From assembly GCA_965153285.1 (NCBI GenBank), contig OZ229110.1: 64,000 bases of DNA; one strand, 5' to 3'. The notes beneath the pieces are model-generated. The model saw only the letters and a program-made list of their open reading frames with translations. It did no database searches and was not told the origin of the DNA. Shown piece after piece: positions 37,936-49,511 of the stretch; within the stretch, counting starts at the first letter, position 1, and the number at the start of each line of letters is the position of its first letter. The DNA is from Podarcis tiliguerta. Its lineage: Eukaryota. A program made the translations under genes and the position numbers.

Positions 37936-39014
37936 TTGAGGCTCCCAGCCTGTGTGTGCACAAATGCACATGGTTGTTGTTTTTTGCCAAACTGAGTCTT
38001 TGACCCAGGTGACATATAGCCAAGTTTCACCCCTGCCCACATGGTGGAGTTGAAGTTGCCAGCCCTCATGTCACATTTGCAAGCACCTTTGTAGTGCAGA
38101 GTTGGGACTCAGCTATATTAGTCAAAAAACAGCATTTTGAATGCGTTATAAACATGCAACACCAGACGCGCTGTACATAGAGCACAAAACTTTTCTATGT
38201 GATTTTACATAGCATTTCCCCCCTTTTGTTATAACAATTTTATTTATGACTTATTTATAGCGTCGTCCCCTCATGTATAGATCCACCCTTGGTCTGCCAA
38301 CCGGCCTGGTGCCTGAAGCCAGCTCCTCACAGGGTACAACCTTGGGATCCTTCTATCTTCCATTCTGTGGACATGACAAAGCCAGTGTAGACATCACTGA
38401 ACATGCTGGGAATGTTGACTCCACCCGCAAAAGCATATACCACAACACATTGGTTAGCCTTTCGGGTGCCACCAGACCATTCTTCCCCCATCAAGTGCTG
38501 TCTACTTTAATTTTTGTAATGCCTAGGTAAGAGTGACATAGATTACCCTGTATCAATTTAACCCATCATGCAGATGAGCCCTCGCTTGGCACCTGAGATG
38601 CTGAAGATCTGCTCGCACAAAGCATGTTGCTCCACCATGCAATTACCATGATTGTGAACTCCGCCTCGCTGTGATTGGACAGAGGTGGCAATCATGAAGA
38701 GCTAGGAGCATCACCTCGAGACTCGAGATGGAGCGCCGAGTTGCCACTTAGTTTTAATGCAGCTTGACTGGGTGCTTTTTTGGCACTCAGCCATTCCTCT
38801 TTAGCTCTGCCTCGATGCTAAGCAATGAGCAATTTGAAATTTGCATACATTTAAATGAATTAACCTATTCAACTGTGCAATGTCTCTTGTTTGCCCCTGG
38901 GACACGGAGGGAGAGAGAGCGAGAGCGCTGGAGGCAGTTTAGCAGGAGACTTGCTCTCCAGCACATGTTTCCGCTTCCCGCAATCAGCATAGCTCGGTTC
39001 CATAATGCCTAAGA

Positions 39015-39431
39015 GGGCTTAGCCACACTTACTTTTCCTCCGCTCTTTCCAGGCATGGTCAGCACTTTAAGGCTCTGTGTCCGAGCACCCTTGGCGCTTT
39101 CCCCATGAAAACCCACTCTTTAAAGCTCCATCGGAGCAAACGGCAATCCGCAGAAAATCCAAATTGCCGTTTGTTCCAGTTGAGCTTTAAAGAGTAGGTT
39201 TTCATAGGGAAAATTTAGGGGTGGAGAGACCCACACTTGGACATGGAACTTTTAAGCTGTACCTGTGCATGGAAACATATATAAAAAGAAAATATCAACA
39301 CTTTAGTCTCTACAGAAAACACGTATCAATGCAGAGAGTGTACTAATCTGTGTAACATTAATTTGGAAAAAAACAAGTTTTTTATTTGTAAGAAAAGGGA
39401 AAACATTTTTAAGGTAAGTGTGGGTAAGCCC
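39015..39431. mobile_element. PIF/Harbinger-like MITE
   Basis: 18-bp TIR GGGCTTAGCCACACTTAC / GTAAGTGTGGGTAAGCCC (1 mismatch) and a long internal palindrome at about 39107-39205. TSD not preserved, so the superfamily is an inference. Confidence 0.65.
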
Positions 39432-40041
39432 TGGCTCTTTCTTTATGCAGGAATAACACCTGAAGGGCAATGTTCCCATCATCAAGAACATAAGAGCTCC
39501 ACTGCATTAGGGCAATGGCTCACCTAATACTGGGGGGGGACCCCAACCCAAATCCCACGTGTGTAGGAGGAGTGACATTATTCATTGGTGAGGGGATACA
39601 CTCTGTACATGATCAGAGGTACTCTTTTAAAGCCAATGTTTCACTTAGTCCATTGTTTCACTTAGTGCTGAAGCAGGTTATGGAAAGTCAGATCTGGAGC
39701 TAAGCTCTAGTGAGCCTTGACCAAGCTGAGCCTGGAGCAAAGGTCACTGCTTTGAATTGCTACTAAAGAACAAGGTCAAGGGATGCCAAGAGGCCATGAG
39801 AAGTCAGGTTCTGGAGCCAGTGAGAAAATTTGCCCCAAACCCAGAGATGGTCTGAGTGAGAATCATTCCAACCCAATTGCCAGCCCCACACTGCTTATCT
39901 CTGCTTGCCAAAAAGCACTAAAAGGGTAAAGATCTAAAGGGATTAGTTCTGTCATGTTAAACTGCTGGCTGTAATGCAGGTTTCAGCATTTAGAACTAAA
40001 CCCCTGAGGATGGAGCCAGAAATGGAAGGGAGGGAAGGTGG

Positions 40042-40074
<33 letters not shown>

Positions 40075-40454
40075 AGGGAGGGAGGAAACAGGAGGATGGA
40101 GTGATGGCAGGATGAAGAGTGAGGGGGAGGAGGCCGGAATGATAAACAGATATTTATGCTTATGAAGCATGTGCCTCGCAGAGAGAGAGAGAGAGAGGCT
40201 ATGCAGTCAGGGATGGTTTTCAGCGATAATAGCTTTATCTAATAGTCGTTAATTAGTTACTGAGTCACGGCACCCGGTTTACATTTAGCAAGCGATTGTT
40301 CTAGCTGACAGATGTACACCCCTTCGAGAGTGTGAACAGAGCGCTCTTGTGCATGCCAGTAAGTACCTCCTAGGCACCTTAGAAATGTCTTGGGATAGAG
40401 AAGCAGCTCAGTGCTGCTCAGAGACAGGGATGGATCTACTATGAAACTAATGAC

Positions 40455-40781
40455 AGATGTTCCAAGTGTCCCTATTTTCCAGGAACAGTCCAGGATTTAC
40501 AGAAGCCACCCTGGTCTCTGATTTGATCCCGGAATGTCCTACTTTTCCTTAGGACGTCCCTATTTCCATTGGAGAAATGTTAGAGGGTACGGAGTTATGA
40601 ACCAAAAAGGTGAGTAACTATGCAACCTCTAGAAGACATCTGAAGGCAGCCCTGTATAGGGAAGTTTTTAAAAATAATATTTAATGTTTTATTATGTTAT
40701 TATATATGTTGGAAGCCACCCAGAGGGGCTGGGGCGACCCAGTCAGATGGATGGGTTATGTACAAACAAACTAACAAACAC

Positions 40782-40821
<40 letters not shown>

Positions 40822-40865
40822 GAATAGGACATCCCTCTTTGCATCAGAGAAATGTTGGAGCATAT
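40455..40865 (+). repeat. Unclassified interspersed repeat of about 400 bp (second copy near 47690-48035)
   Basis: Two similar copies with repeated GACGTCCCTATTT...GGAGAAATGTTGGAG modules and an internal LINE-3'-like segment. This copy includes (TAT)n. Confidence 0.65.
40782..40821. repeat. (TAT)n microsatellite
   Basis: Seen directly in the sequence. Confidence 0.95.
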
Positions 40866-41014
40866 GTAATGAAGCTTAAGCTTCAAGGGCCCCAAATCCT
40901 GGAAGGGCCCCAGAAGTGACTTTAGTCTACGTTGCTTAAAAAGTTTGCTTTAAAAAGTGCACCATGCAGGTATATAACATTTCTCTAATTTCCCCTAATT
41001 TTCATTCCCACATC

Positions 41015-41145
41015 AGAGAATAGTTGGAAGGGACTACAAGGATCATCTAGTCCAACTTTCTGCAATGCAGGATATATTTCACTCCATGCAGAACTTGAAC
41101 TCATGACCCTGAGATCCAAGGGTTTCATGGTCTACCAACTGACCT
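41015..41145 (-). mobile_element. tRNA-Lys/CR1-tail SINE, diverged copy
   Basis: Tail GTTGGAAGGGAC...ATCTAGTCCAAC...TGCAATGCAGGA plus a decayed tRNA-Lys head. Confidence 0.65.
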
Positions 41146-41580
41146 GTTACTCAAAATCTATAAGGCGTAGGATTTTTTCTATTCACACTGGTGACTTTGA
41201 CATGTGAGATAATCCAGTACAGCAATTTTAATCAAAATTGAAGATGTAGTAGCTTCATGGCAGCATCCCTTGCTGCTGGCTGCTCCTGCCAGGGGTAGAT
41301 CACATGATGCTCTCCAGATAATGTGACTCCAATTCCCATCACTCCTGACCACTGGCCATGTGAACTGAGGCTGATGGGAGTTGGAGTCCAACAACTTCTG
41401 GGGGCACCATATTGGCTGGCCCTGGTTTATATGCATACTTCTTTTTCCTTTGAAACAATACAAAATCTAGCAAAAAACCGAGAAAGCAAACAAACAAGAA
41501 TATGCCAGCCAATATGCCATTTATTAGAGACAAAAGTGTGCATATGAGCACTGATCTTTCAAACACGTGTTACAGAACCA

Positions 41581-41870
41581 AGGTAAAGGTAAAGGGACCC
41601 CTGACCATTAGGTCCAGTCGTGGGGTTGCGGCGTTCATCTCGCTTTATTGGCCAAGGGAGCCAGTGTTTGTCATGTGGCCAGCATGACTAAGCCACTTCT
41701 GGCGAAACCAGAGCAGTGCATGGAAACGCCGTTTACCTTCCCGCTGGAGCGGTACCTATTTATCTACTTGCACTTTGTGCTTTCGAACTGCTAGGTTGGC
41801 AGGAGCAGGGGATTTGAACCGCCGACCTTCTGATCGGCAAGTCCTAGGCTCTGTGGTTTAACCCACAGCA
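41581..41870 (-). mobile_element. Sauria SINE
   Basis: Reverse complement of the family. TSD CAGAACCAAGG at 41573-41583 and 41869-41879. Confidence 0.88.
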
Positions 41871-42116
41871 GAACCAAGGCAGACACTTAATCCAAGGAAA
41901 AGCAGCTTTGGGAGAGGACAACGTGAAGCAGAGAACCAGTGAGGAAGGGGGGGGCTTAACTCATTGCCTTCCTGAAACATCCCCTGCCTCAGCCACTTCC
42001 TTTCCGCTCCATCACATGCAAGTGGTGATCAGGGAGAAACAATGGCCAAGGCTAAGGTCTGAAAATCACAACATTAAACTGGATTTATAAAATGTCAGAT
42101 TTGTAAATGGCTACAA

Positions 42117-42120
<4 letters not shown>

Positions 42121-42159
<39 letters not shown>
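42121..42159. repeat. (CA)n microsatellite
   Basis: Seen directly in the sequence. Confidence 0.95.
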
Positions 42160-42162
<3 letters not shown>

Positions 42163-45100
42163 ATCGTCATCAAAGATGCCCCCAAATAAAAAATGACCAC
42201 AACCCAAGGAACACTTATGGTGTGTGTGAGTGAACATTTCCTGAGCAGTAAGCTTGAATTCTACTTGATTAACTTTGTAAGCAGGTGGCTGGGGAGCTGC
42301 TGAATAATGGTCAGATCTTTACCCAGGTCTTATTGCACCTCAGCTTTCCCTTTGTACAACCAACTGGGACTGTGATGATCTGGAGTTTAACACGATGATC
42401 CTGCACTTGCTTGGCCCTCTAGGTTTCCAGCTGAAAAGCACCCAACTTCATTTGGGGAGTTGGCAAGGCTACTTTCTCTTACTTGGTATGTGTGTTGCTG
42501 TGTCTGTCACCTAGGCAACAATAAGAAGGCACTGGTCAACCTTCCCTGGAGAGTTGTCAGAAATTGTATTCTTTCTGGGATTCCTGATTTAAATGCTAAT
42601 AAGTTAGTTAGCAAGCAGGAATTTGTTTACTCAGCTCCAGGAGCAAGTTGTCATTCATGTTTAATTGACCCAGGGGTCTAGAGGTGTGGAAAAACGATCA
42701 TTATCCAGGGAGGAGCTGGCAATCTTAAAAAAATGAACTCTGTCTCAGCATCTATGTTTGAGAGAGAGAAAGCCTGGCTGGAGCTGCTCCAGAGCCTATG
42801 CTGGTGTAAAGGATCTAAATAGTGGGATTGAATTGAAGCACTCTCGGACAGTGCATAAAACAAAGGTAGCCATGCTGGGTTTTGAAGTTCAGACAATATA
42901 CACAAGTCTTGAATTGACTTGGCATTAACACCCCAGCCCAAAAGTGAAGAATGGCATCTGCCTAAGCAATTCCTGATGTTAAGCATATTTTTAATTGACT
43001 GCCTATGAATTCAACTCTGTGCCTCTCTAGAAGGACATTTTAAAAGCCCTGGATCATACCAAATGCCCATTGAGTTCAGCATCCTATTTTCCAACCAAAA
43101 AGACCCCGAAGAAGCTTATAAACAGGGAATGGAGACAATCACCCTCTCCTGCTGTTTCTCTTCAGCAGCTCACATTCCTGGGACTGACAAGCTCTGCTGT
43201 CATGTCTGGATTAAATCTCAGTTAGTTAGCCCATGTCTGGTCTGTTACCAAAGCACCGGTTCAGGAACTCAACAGCCTCCCTGTGATATGTAGAAAATAG
43301 ATTGGTGTCATCCATGTACACCCCAAATCTCCCAGTTGTTTCATGTAGATATTAAACAGCATGGGGACAAAGTGGAAATTCACAGGTTGTCAGTCAGCAG
43401 CCCCCTGGTGCTCCTTTCTTAAACCTGCCCTCTTTAAAGGACCACAACCAGAAGAATACAGTGAACCCAGGTTCCATCCTGGCCCAGCAGTCCAGCAGGA
43501 TGCCCCTGACGATGACACCCAAGGCATCTAGCAGAACCAGCTTCCCTGTCAACTTCTTGGCTTCAATCATCCGCCAGGCTAGAGTGTGGCTTGGCTGGAG
43601 ATGTCAGGCTACTGCTTGCAACAGGAATGGTCAATATCCTTAATGCTTCAGTCCAAATGAGACAACACACCTATTTATATAGCTTAGACTAGCACACCAC
43701 CTATCCAGGCTGGCTGTAGAGCATCAGGACTCTCCACAGCCACATTCTTCCTCTGCTCCCATTTGGGGCACATTGTCCATCAGTGCATTGATGATACCAT
43801 CTTCGTCTCTATTTCCAACATATCTCAGAGAGGCTGAAGTCCTCAGCCAGTGTTTGGATTGGGCAATGGATTGATGTGGGCAAACAAACTGAGATTTAAT
43901 TCAGACATCACATCTCTTCTGTGCCCTCCATTGCATACTATAAGCCCTTTCATCGCCCCCTGGTTCAGCCTTCTGTGCATTCTTGCAACAGCAACGTTCT
44001 TCTTTGGCTGGAAGACAGGCAGAGTAATGCACACGCTAGCTTCAAGTCTTCCTCCTCTCTTCTGCCATTGCTATGGCAGGGGTCTTGTGCTAAGTTAGGT
44101 AGACCTTTCCCAAATACATTTTGGAAAGGTGGATCATCATCATCATATTTGTCAGGAATAGCTGCACAAGAACTGCATGGGAGTTTTTTTAATGTATTTA
44201 TTTATTACATTTATATATCACTTTTATCTTCCAAGGAGCTCAAAGTGGGGCACATGGTTCTCCTCCTCCCTGTTTCTTCCTGTGAGGTAGGTTAGGCTAA
44301 GAAATGGTGACTGGCCCAAGGTCACTCAATGAACGTCATGTCTGATTGGGATTTGAACCCTGGTCTCCAAGGTCATAGTCTAACACTCTAACCATTACAC
44401 CACTCTGGCTCTCATATGAAATTTAAGAGGTAGGATAAGGATTTGCCCTCTTACCCATTCCTTATGCTGAACCAAATCCTCAACAGCAATCTCTAACAAA
44501 GAAATGCCAACTCACAGTCAACAAACTACAATTCCCAGAATTCCTTGGGAACAGGGAGGAGCCAATAAGGTTAAAGCTTTATAAAAGTGATGTTTTTGTT
44601 GACTTGTTCACTATAACTCACAGTATAGGTTTGATGTGGGGATAAAGTTGGATAACCCCATACTTGCTGATCTGAGTCAGGCTGCAAATATGATAAATGT
44701 TTAGTTCTTTCCTGTCCAGAATACTGCCAATGGAAGTATAGTTGTATATTGTATATGTTGCAACTTCCTTCTGGAGAACAGGCATGTGAATACCAGGGGA
44801 CACATCTTTTCATAGACTTAGTAATAACTCTGTGGCAGGGTAGACTGTGCAGAATGACTTATGAGCCTGTTTTGCAGGAATCTCATTCCAATTCCATAGC
44901 TGACAGTAAAGCTGTAATTTAATATAGTTCTCTTGAAGTAATATTGCAATTCGATGGAATCAAGACTTATGTTTAAGGACTCCTGTTGGAAAGAGACAAT
45001 TTGTTTAAATGATGCCAAGTTGATTGACATAAGCCTTCATATCAGTCTGCACAGGGAGCTCCCAAAGAACTCGAGCAGGAAAGATGTTTGGAGGACGTAC

Positions 45101-46148
45101 GGCACGAGTGTGACATTGCCACTAGTACGGCTCGCTTGTAATCATATTTACTCAGATGCAAGTCTCGTGGGTTCCAACAGCATTTGCTCTCAAGGCCAAA
45201 CTACACATTATGTTAAATGCACAATTGCACCCAGCATGCCTGGATGTTGTTGGTTAAATTTAAGCCATGGGGAGATCAGGGGACTTCAGTGTGCAGAACG
45301 GGTTATTTTTCTTTACCCCTGTGCCAAGATCCCAATGAAAATCACCCTCCCTCCTCTGCTCCTTCAATAGTGGCTTCCCTCCAATGCCAAATAGCGATCA
45401 GTATTTATTTATTTACTTAGTGTTTATGAACTGCCATCTCATGTAAACTACTCAACTGCAGAAGCTCAGAATGGGATAAAGGGTTAACCTTCCTCCCTTG
45501 CTCCCTCAGTCTTAATCACACTCCTTGCAGCTGCTATGTAATGAAAAACACAGCCAGACATATTGAAACAGAAGAATGGGTGACAGCAGAGCATGATGGA
45601 ATGGTAGGTGGAGTCAGAATGAGTGGCCTGTCACTAGCAACAGAGAACAAGTCTGCTCCGTGTGACAGCTCTTCATATATTTTAAGAACACTATGATGTC
45701 TCTCCTCCCCACAGCCTTAATCTTTCCTTCTCTAAGGAGGACTGGCCCTACCATTAAGCAGAGTGAGCAGTTGCCTCAGGTGGCAGATGTTGTGGAAAGG
45801 CAGTAGCAGCCTCCACCCTCAGTCATTTCTCCATAGTCTCCTGCCTGTTCTCCTCTTTTGGAGTACAGAGCTGTATCTGCCATGGGGCCTGTCTTAGCAC
45901 CACTATACTAGCTGGCTATGTTCACAGATGCAGTGGAGGATGCAATTCCACAACCAGCGTTAAAGTTAAGATTTAGCTGCCAGTCCAGCTTGGCACGGGC
46001 GGGAGGGGGTGACAAGCATCTTGTCCTTTGTCGCAGGCAGCAAAATGCTTGGTGACAGGTGGAGAAAGTCGCTGGAGAAAGACAGGGGAAGAGTGGCAAT
46101 TGAGACAGAGGCAGAAGAGAGAGGGAAGGAGGGAGGGAGGCAGAGAGG

Positions 46149-46192
46149 GGAGGAGGAGGAGGAGGAGGAGGAGGAGGAGGAGGAGGAGGAGG
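46149..46192. repeat. (GGA)n microsatellite in a polypurine tract
   Basis: Seen directly in the sequence. Confidence 0.95.
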
Positions 46193-46612
46193 GGCAAAGG
46201 GGAAAATGAGGGTTAAAAAGGACCACCAGGTATGCTACATCAGGATAGTAGAACTATTTTGCTATTCTGTATTAAATGATCACTTGCACTGATGGTTGTT
46301 TCCCATAAAATAAATGTATGTACTGATTTTCAAATGCACGCATGTGTTGTGCTCTGGGGGATTGTAGGTTAGGAGATCTCCTCCCACACGCTGACTTTGA
46401 ACTACACAGCGGAGAAAATAAATAGTCCTGCTTCCCTCCGCAAATCAGTAGGTAGTGGCAAGAGCTTATTTGAGGGAGGATTAAGGAATGCCTTGACTCA
46501 GCAGGCCAGCTGAGTGACTGACCTAGTGACACACGTCACACATGATCACACGTCTAATTTTAAGTGCGCTTTGGCTCCTTGGCTTCATACTTAACAGCAA
46601 TTTCCCGGGAGG

Positions 46613-46648
46613 AACACAACACAACACAACACAACACAACACAACACA
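46613..46648. repeat. (CAACA)n pentanucleotide repeat
   Basis: Seen directly in the sequence. Confidence 0.9.
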
Positions 46649-48484
46649 GCCTGCTCCATTTAGAATAGGGTGGGATGGAAACCGCAGCACATTACCATAG
46701 TACATTATTTCCTCGACATTATGACTCTTTATGAAACTTATTCAATTAATCCTTTGATTGTGTTAGGTTAGATTTGCGTTAGCAATTATTATCATTATTA
46801 TCAGCAGCAGAAGCAGGGGCATTAGCATGACAGTAACTTCCCATTTTTAAAGACAATGCTTCTTCTACAGTAATGACAACCTCGTGTATCTTGGGGTGGA
46901 ATATTTTTTATTTTAATCGACACTTTACGTAACGCGTTGATTTTATTTGGCTGTTACCTTGGGGTCGTTGCCAGGGTTTCTGATGATGGCAGGGTTCACT
47001 TCAGCTCAGTGCTGAAACCGGTTTTGAACAAAAGGTTTCCTCCTGCAAATCTGTGGAGCAAAGTCCAAAGTGCCTCTGGGCATATGCAGAGGGCTCTCTC
47101 CTGGCCGTAGTCAGCACAATGTCATGTTTGATTAGAGAAAAGAAGGGCTTTGATTCCAGCCAGGCGGGAGCCCCAGCACTGCTTTGCTAGAGATTCCGCT
47201 CTTGATCTTGATCTTTCTCAAGCCCTCAGGATTTGATTGGTTTATAAATCTAATAATAATAATACTCGGCATGTCTGCTGCACCCTTTGAGTGCTCCAAG
47301 TGCTCCTTATGCATGGCTTCAGTCCTTTTGAGCAGTGAGTATTGCTATGCCCACATTGCTGTAGCTGAGAGAACATTGCGCTGAAAGAATAGCCCTTTTG
47401 GATCAGATCAGCGCTCCATGTAGTCCAGCATTCTCCTTCCCACAGTTGTCAATGCCTAAATGTCTCTGGGAATGCACAAGCAAAGCATGAAGGCAGTGGT
47501 CTTCCAACATTCAGTGGCACAGAAACATGGAATTCAGAGGTTCTGTATAGCCCTCAAGGTGAATGGCCATAGATGAACCTCTCCTCCATCTGCATTATAC
47601 ATTTAAAGCAGCAGCAGACCAGACATGGCTTCCTCCAAAGAATCCTGGGGCCTGACGTTTGTTAAAGGTGCTGAGAGTTATTAGGACACCAGACTCTCAA
47701 AGTGTTCCTATTTCCCAGGGACATCCTTGATTTAGAGAAGCCGTCCCGGTTTCTGATTTGATCCCAGAATGTCCCGTTTTCCCTTAGATGTCCCTATTTT
47801 CATTGGAGAAATATTGGAGGGTATGGAGTTATCCAACCCCAGAGCCGTCTGAAGGCAATCCTGTACAGAGAGGTTTTTAAAAAAATGTTTAATGCTTTAT
47901 TATTAGTTTTTATATGTTGGAAGCTGCTCAGAGTGGCTGGCGCAACCCAGGAAGATATGTAGGGTATAAATAGTAAAAAATATCATTATAGAGTGGGACG
48001 TCCCTATTTTCATCGGAGAAATGTTGGAGGGTATGAGAGACCCCTATTCCCTTCACGGGCCTACTGCTCTCAGAGAGGTTTTCCTTCTTCCCAGGGAACT
48101 CTGGGAAACATTGCTCTGATGAAGTGACTTGCTTGACACCCTGTAGCTCTCCAGATGTTACTGGGCTCCAGTATGGCCACCTGCAGCCCATCAACATCTG
48201 GAAGACCACACTGAGTGGAGAAGGCCCTTATTCATTGCCCTGAGCTCATTGGAAGAAAGGTCAGAGACAAGTGAAATAAATTAAATAAAATTAATGGTGC
48301 CCCTGTTACCTACTTCCTAGTCCTAATCTGTTTTACCTCATAAAGAACACTAGAAAAACCCAGCTACCAGTCATTCTGGGCCGTTTACCTATAATTTCCC
48401 AAAGAAAAACTGTTGCTGGCACCCTCTGTGCTACTGCCCACTAAGGAACTTTAAGTATAGTTATGGAATCCACTCCCACAAGGG

Positions 48485-48783
48485 ACAGTGATGGCCACCA
48501 ACTTGAATGGCTTCAAAAGCAGATTACACCAAAAAATAGACAAACAAACAAGCACAGATTAGACAAGTTCATGGAAGAGAAGGACATCAATGGCTACAAG
48601 CTATGATGGCTCTATTACACATCCACTGTTGAATGCCAGCTGCTGGAAACCTCAGGAGGAAAGAGTGGTGTGGCATTCAGGTCCTGTTGGGGGCTTCCCA
48701 TAGACATCTGGTTGGCCACTGTGAGAACAGGATGCTGGGCCAGATGACCCATTGGCCTGATCCAGCAGGTTCTTCTTATGTTC
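48485..48783 (+). mobile_element. Older CR1-family 3' fragment
   Basis: ORF-end remnant (GFK...LDKFME) plus a 3'UTR ending TTCTTCTTATGTTC. Related reverse fragments near 47395-47590 and 58028-58110. Confidence 0.65.
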
Positions 48784-49296
48784 GTACCTTTCTTGCTAGT
48801 CGAACAACAATGCATTTAAATCTGTGAAAACAGATTTCTGTGTTCACCCAAAAAGCTTTGCTAGCGGAGCTGCTTCTGCAGGAGCGACCCCCCCAAAAAA
48901 CACACACACACACACACACACTTTCTGCCCAGTGTGGGTTTGGCATGAATGAAATCAGATTTTAACTATCAGTGGTGGAGCCTTTCAGTGGTAGTTCCTA
49001 GAACCCCGGAGGCATTGAAGGTGCCGTGTGATTCTGGGCTTCAGAACAGCAACTTCTGTCTTCATGCACACAAGCAATTATCCACAGTGTCCTTTTCAAA
49101 GGCTCTGCCCTGCACATTTGTATCCATCAATCTATCGTGTAGGATCCCCTCCCACGCTCAGCACCATAGTCATTAGGAGCAAACAATGAGAAAACGGAGA
49201 GCTGCTGACGCTCGGGAGAATCGTGGATGGAGATGCTACAGAAATGAAATAGGCATTGAGGTTCTCACAGAAAAAAAGTATCACAAAATAATACTC

Positions 49297-49410
49297 TCAT
49301 AGAGTTGGAAGGGGCCTTGAAGGGCATGTGGTGCAAGCTCTGCAATGCAGGAATCTTTTTTGCCCAGCATGGGGCTGGAACCCATGGCTCTGAGTTTAAG
49401 AATCTACTCT
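49297..49410 (-). mobile_element. tRNA-Lys/CR1-tail SINE, diverged copy
   Basis: CATAGAGTTGGAAGGG...TGCAATGCAGGAATC followed by a partial tRNA head. Confidence 0.6.
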
Positions 49411-49511
49411 GGGGATATTTGCAGAAGTCATGAATGTGGTGCCCTCCAGATGCTTTGGATTACCTCTCCCACCCACTTCAGTCAGCATGGTCAATGGTCA
49501 GAGATGCTGGG

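Noticed and set aside
37121-38040. Overlapping long ORFs (211, 271, 179 and 147 aa)
   Set aside because: They arise from GC-rich, stop-poor transposon cargo plus the RTE remnant, span the TE boundary, and show no protein family signature.
43380-43830. Possible old LINE or coding remnant
   Set aside because: It looks coding-derived but is too decayed to assign without a database search.
45966-46226. Poly-Glu, poly-Arg, poly-Ser and poly-Leu ORFs
   Set aside because: They are translations of the (GGA)n microsatellite.
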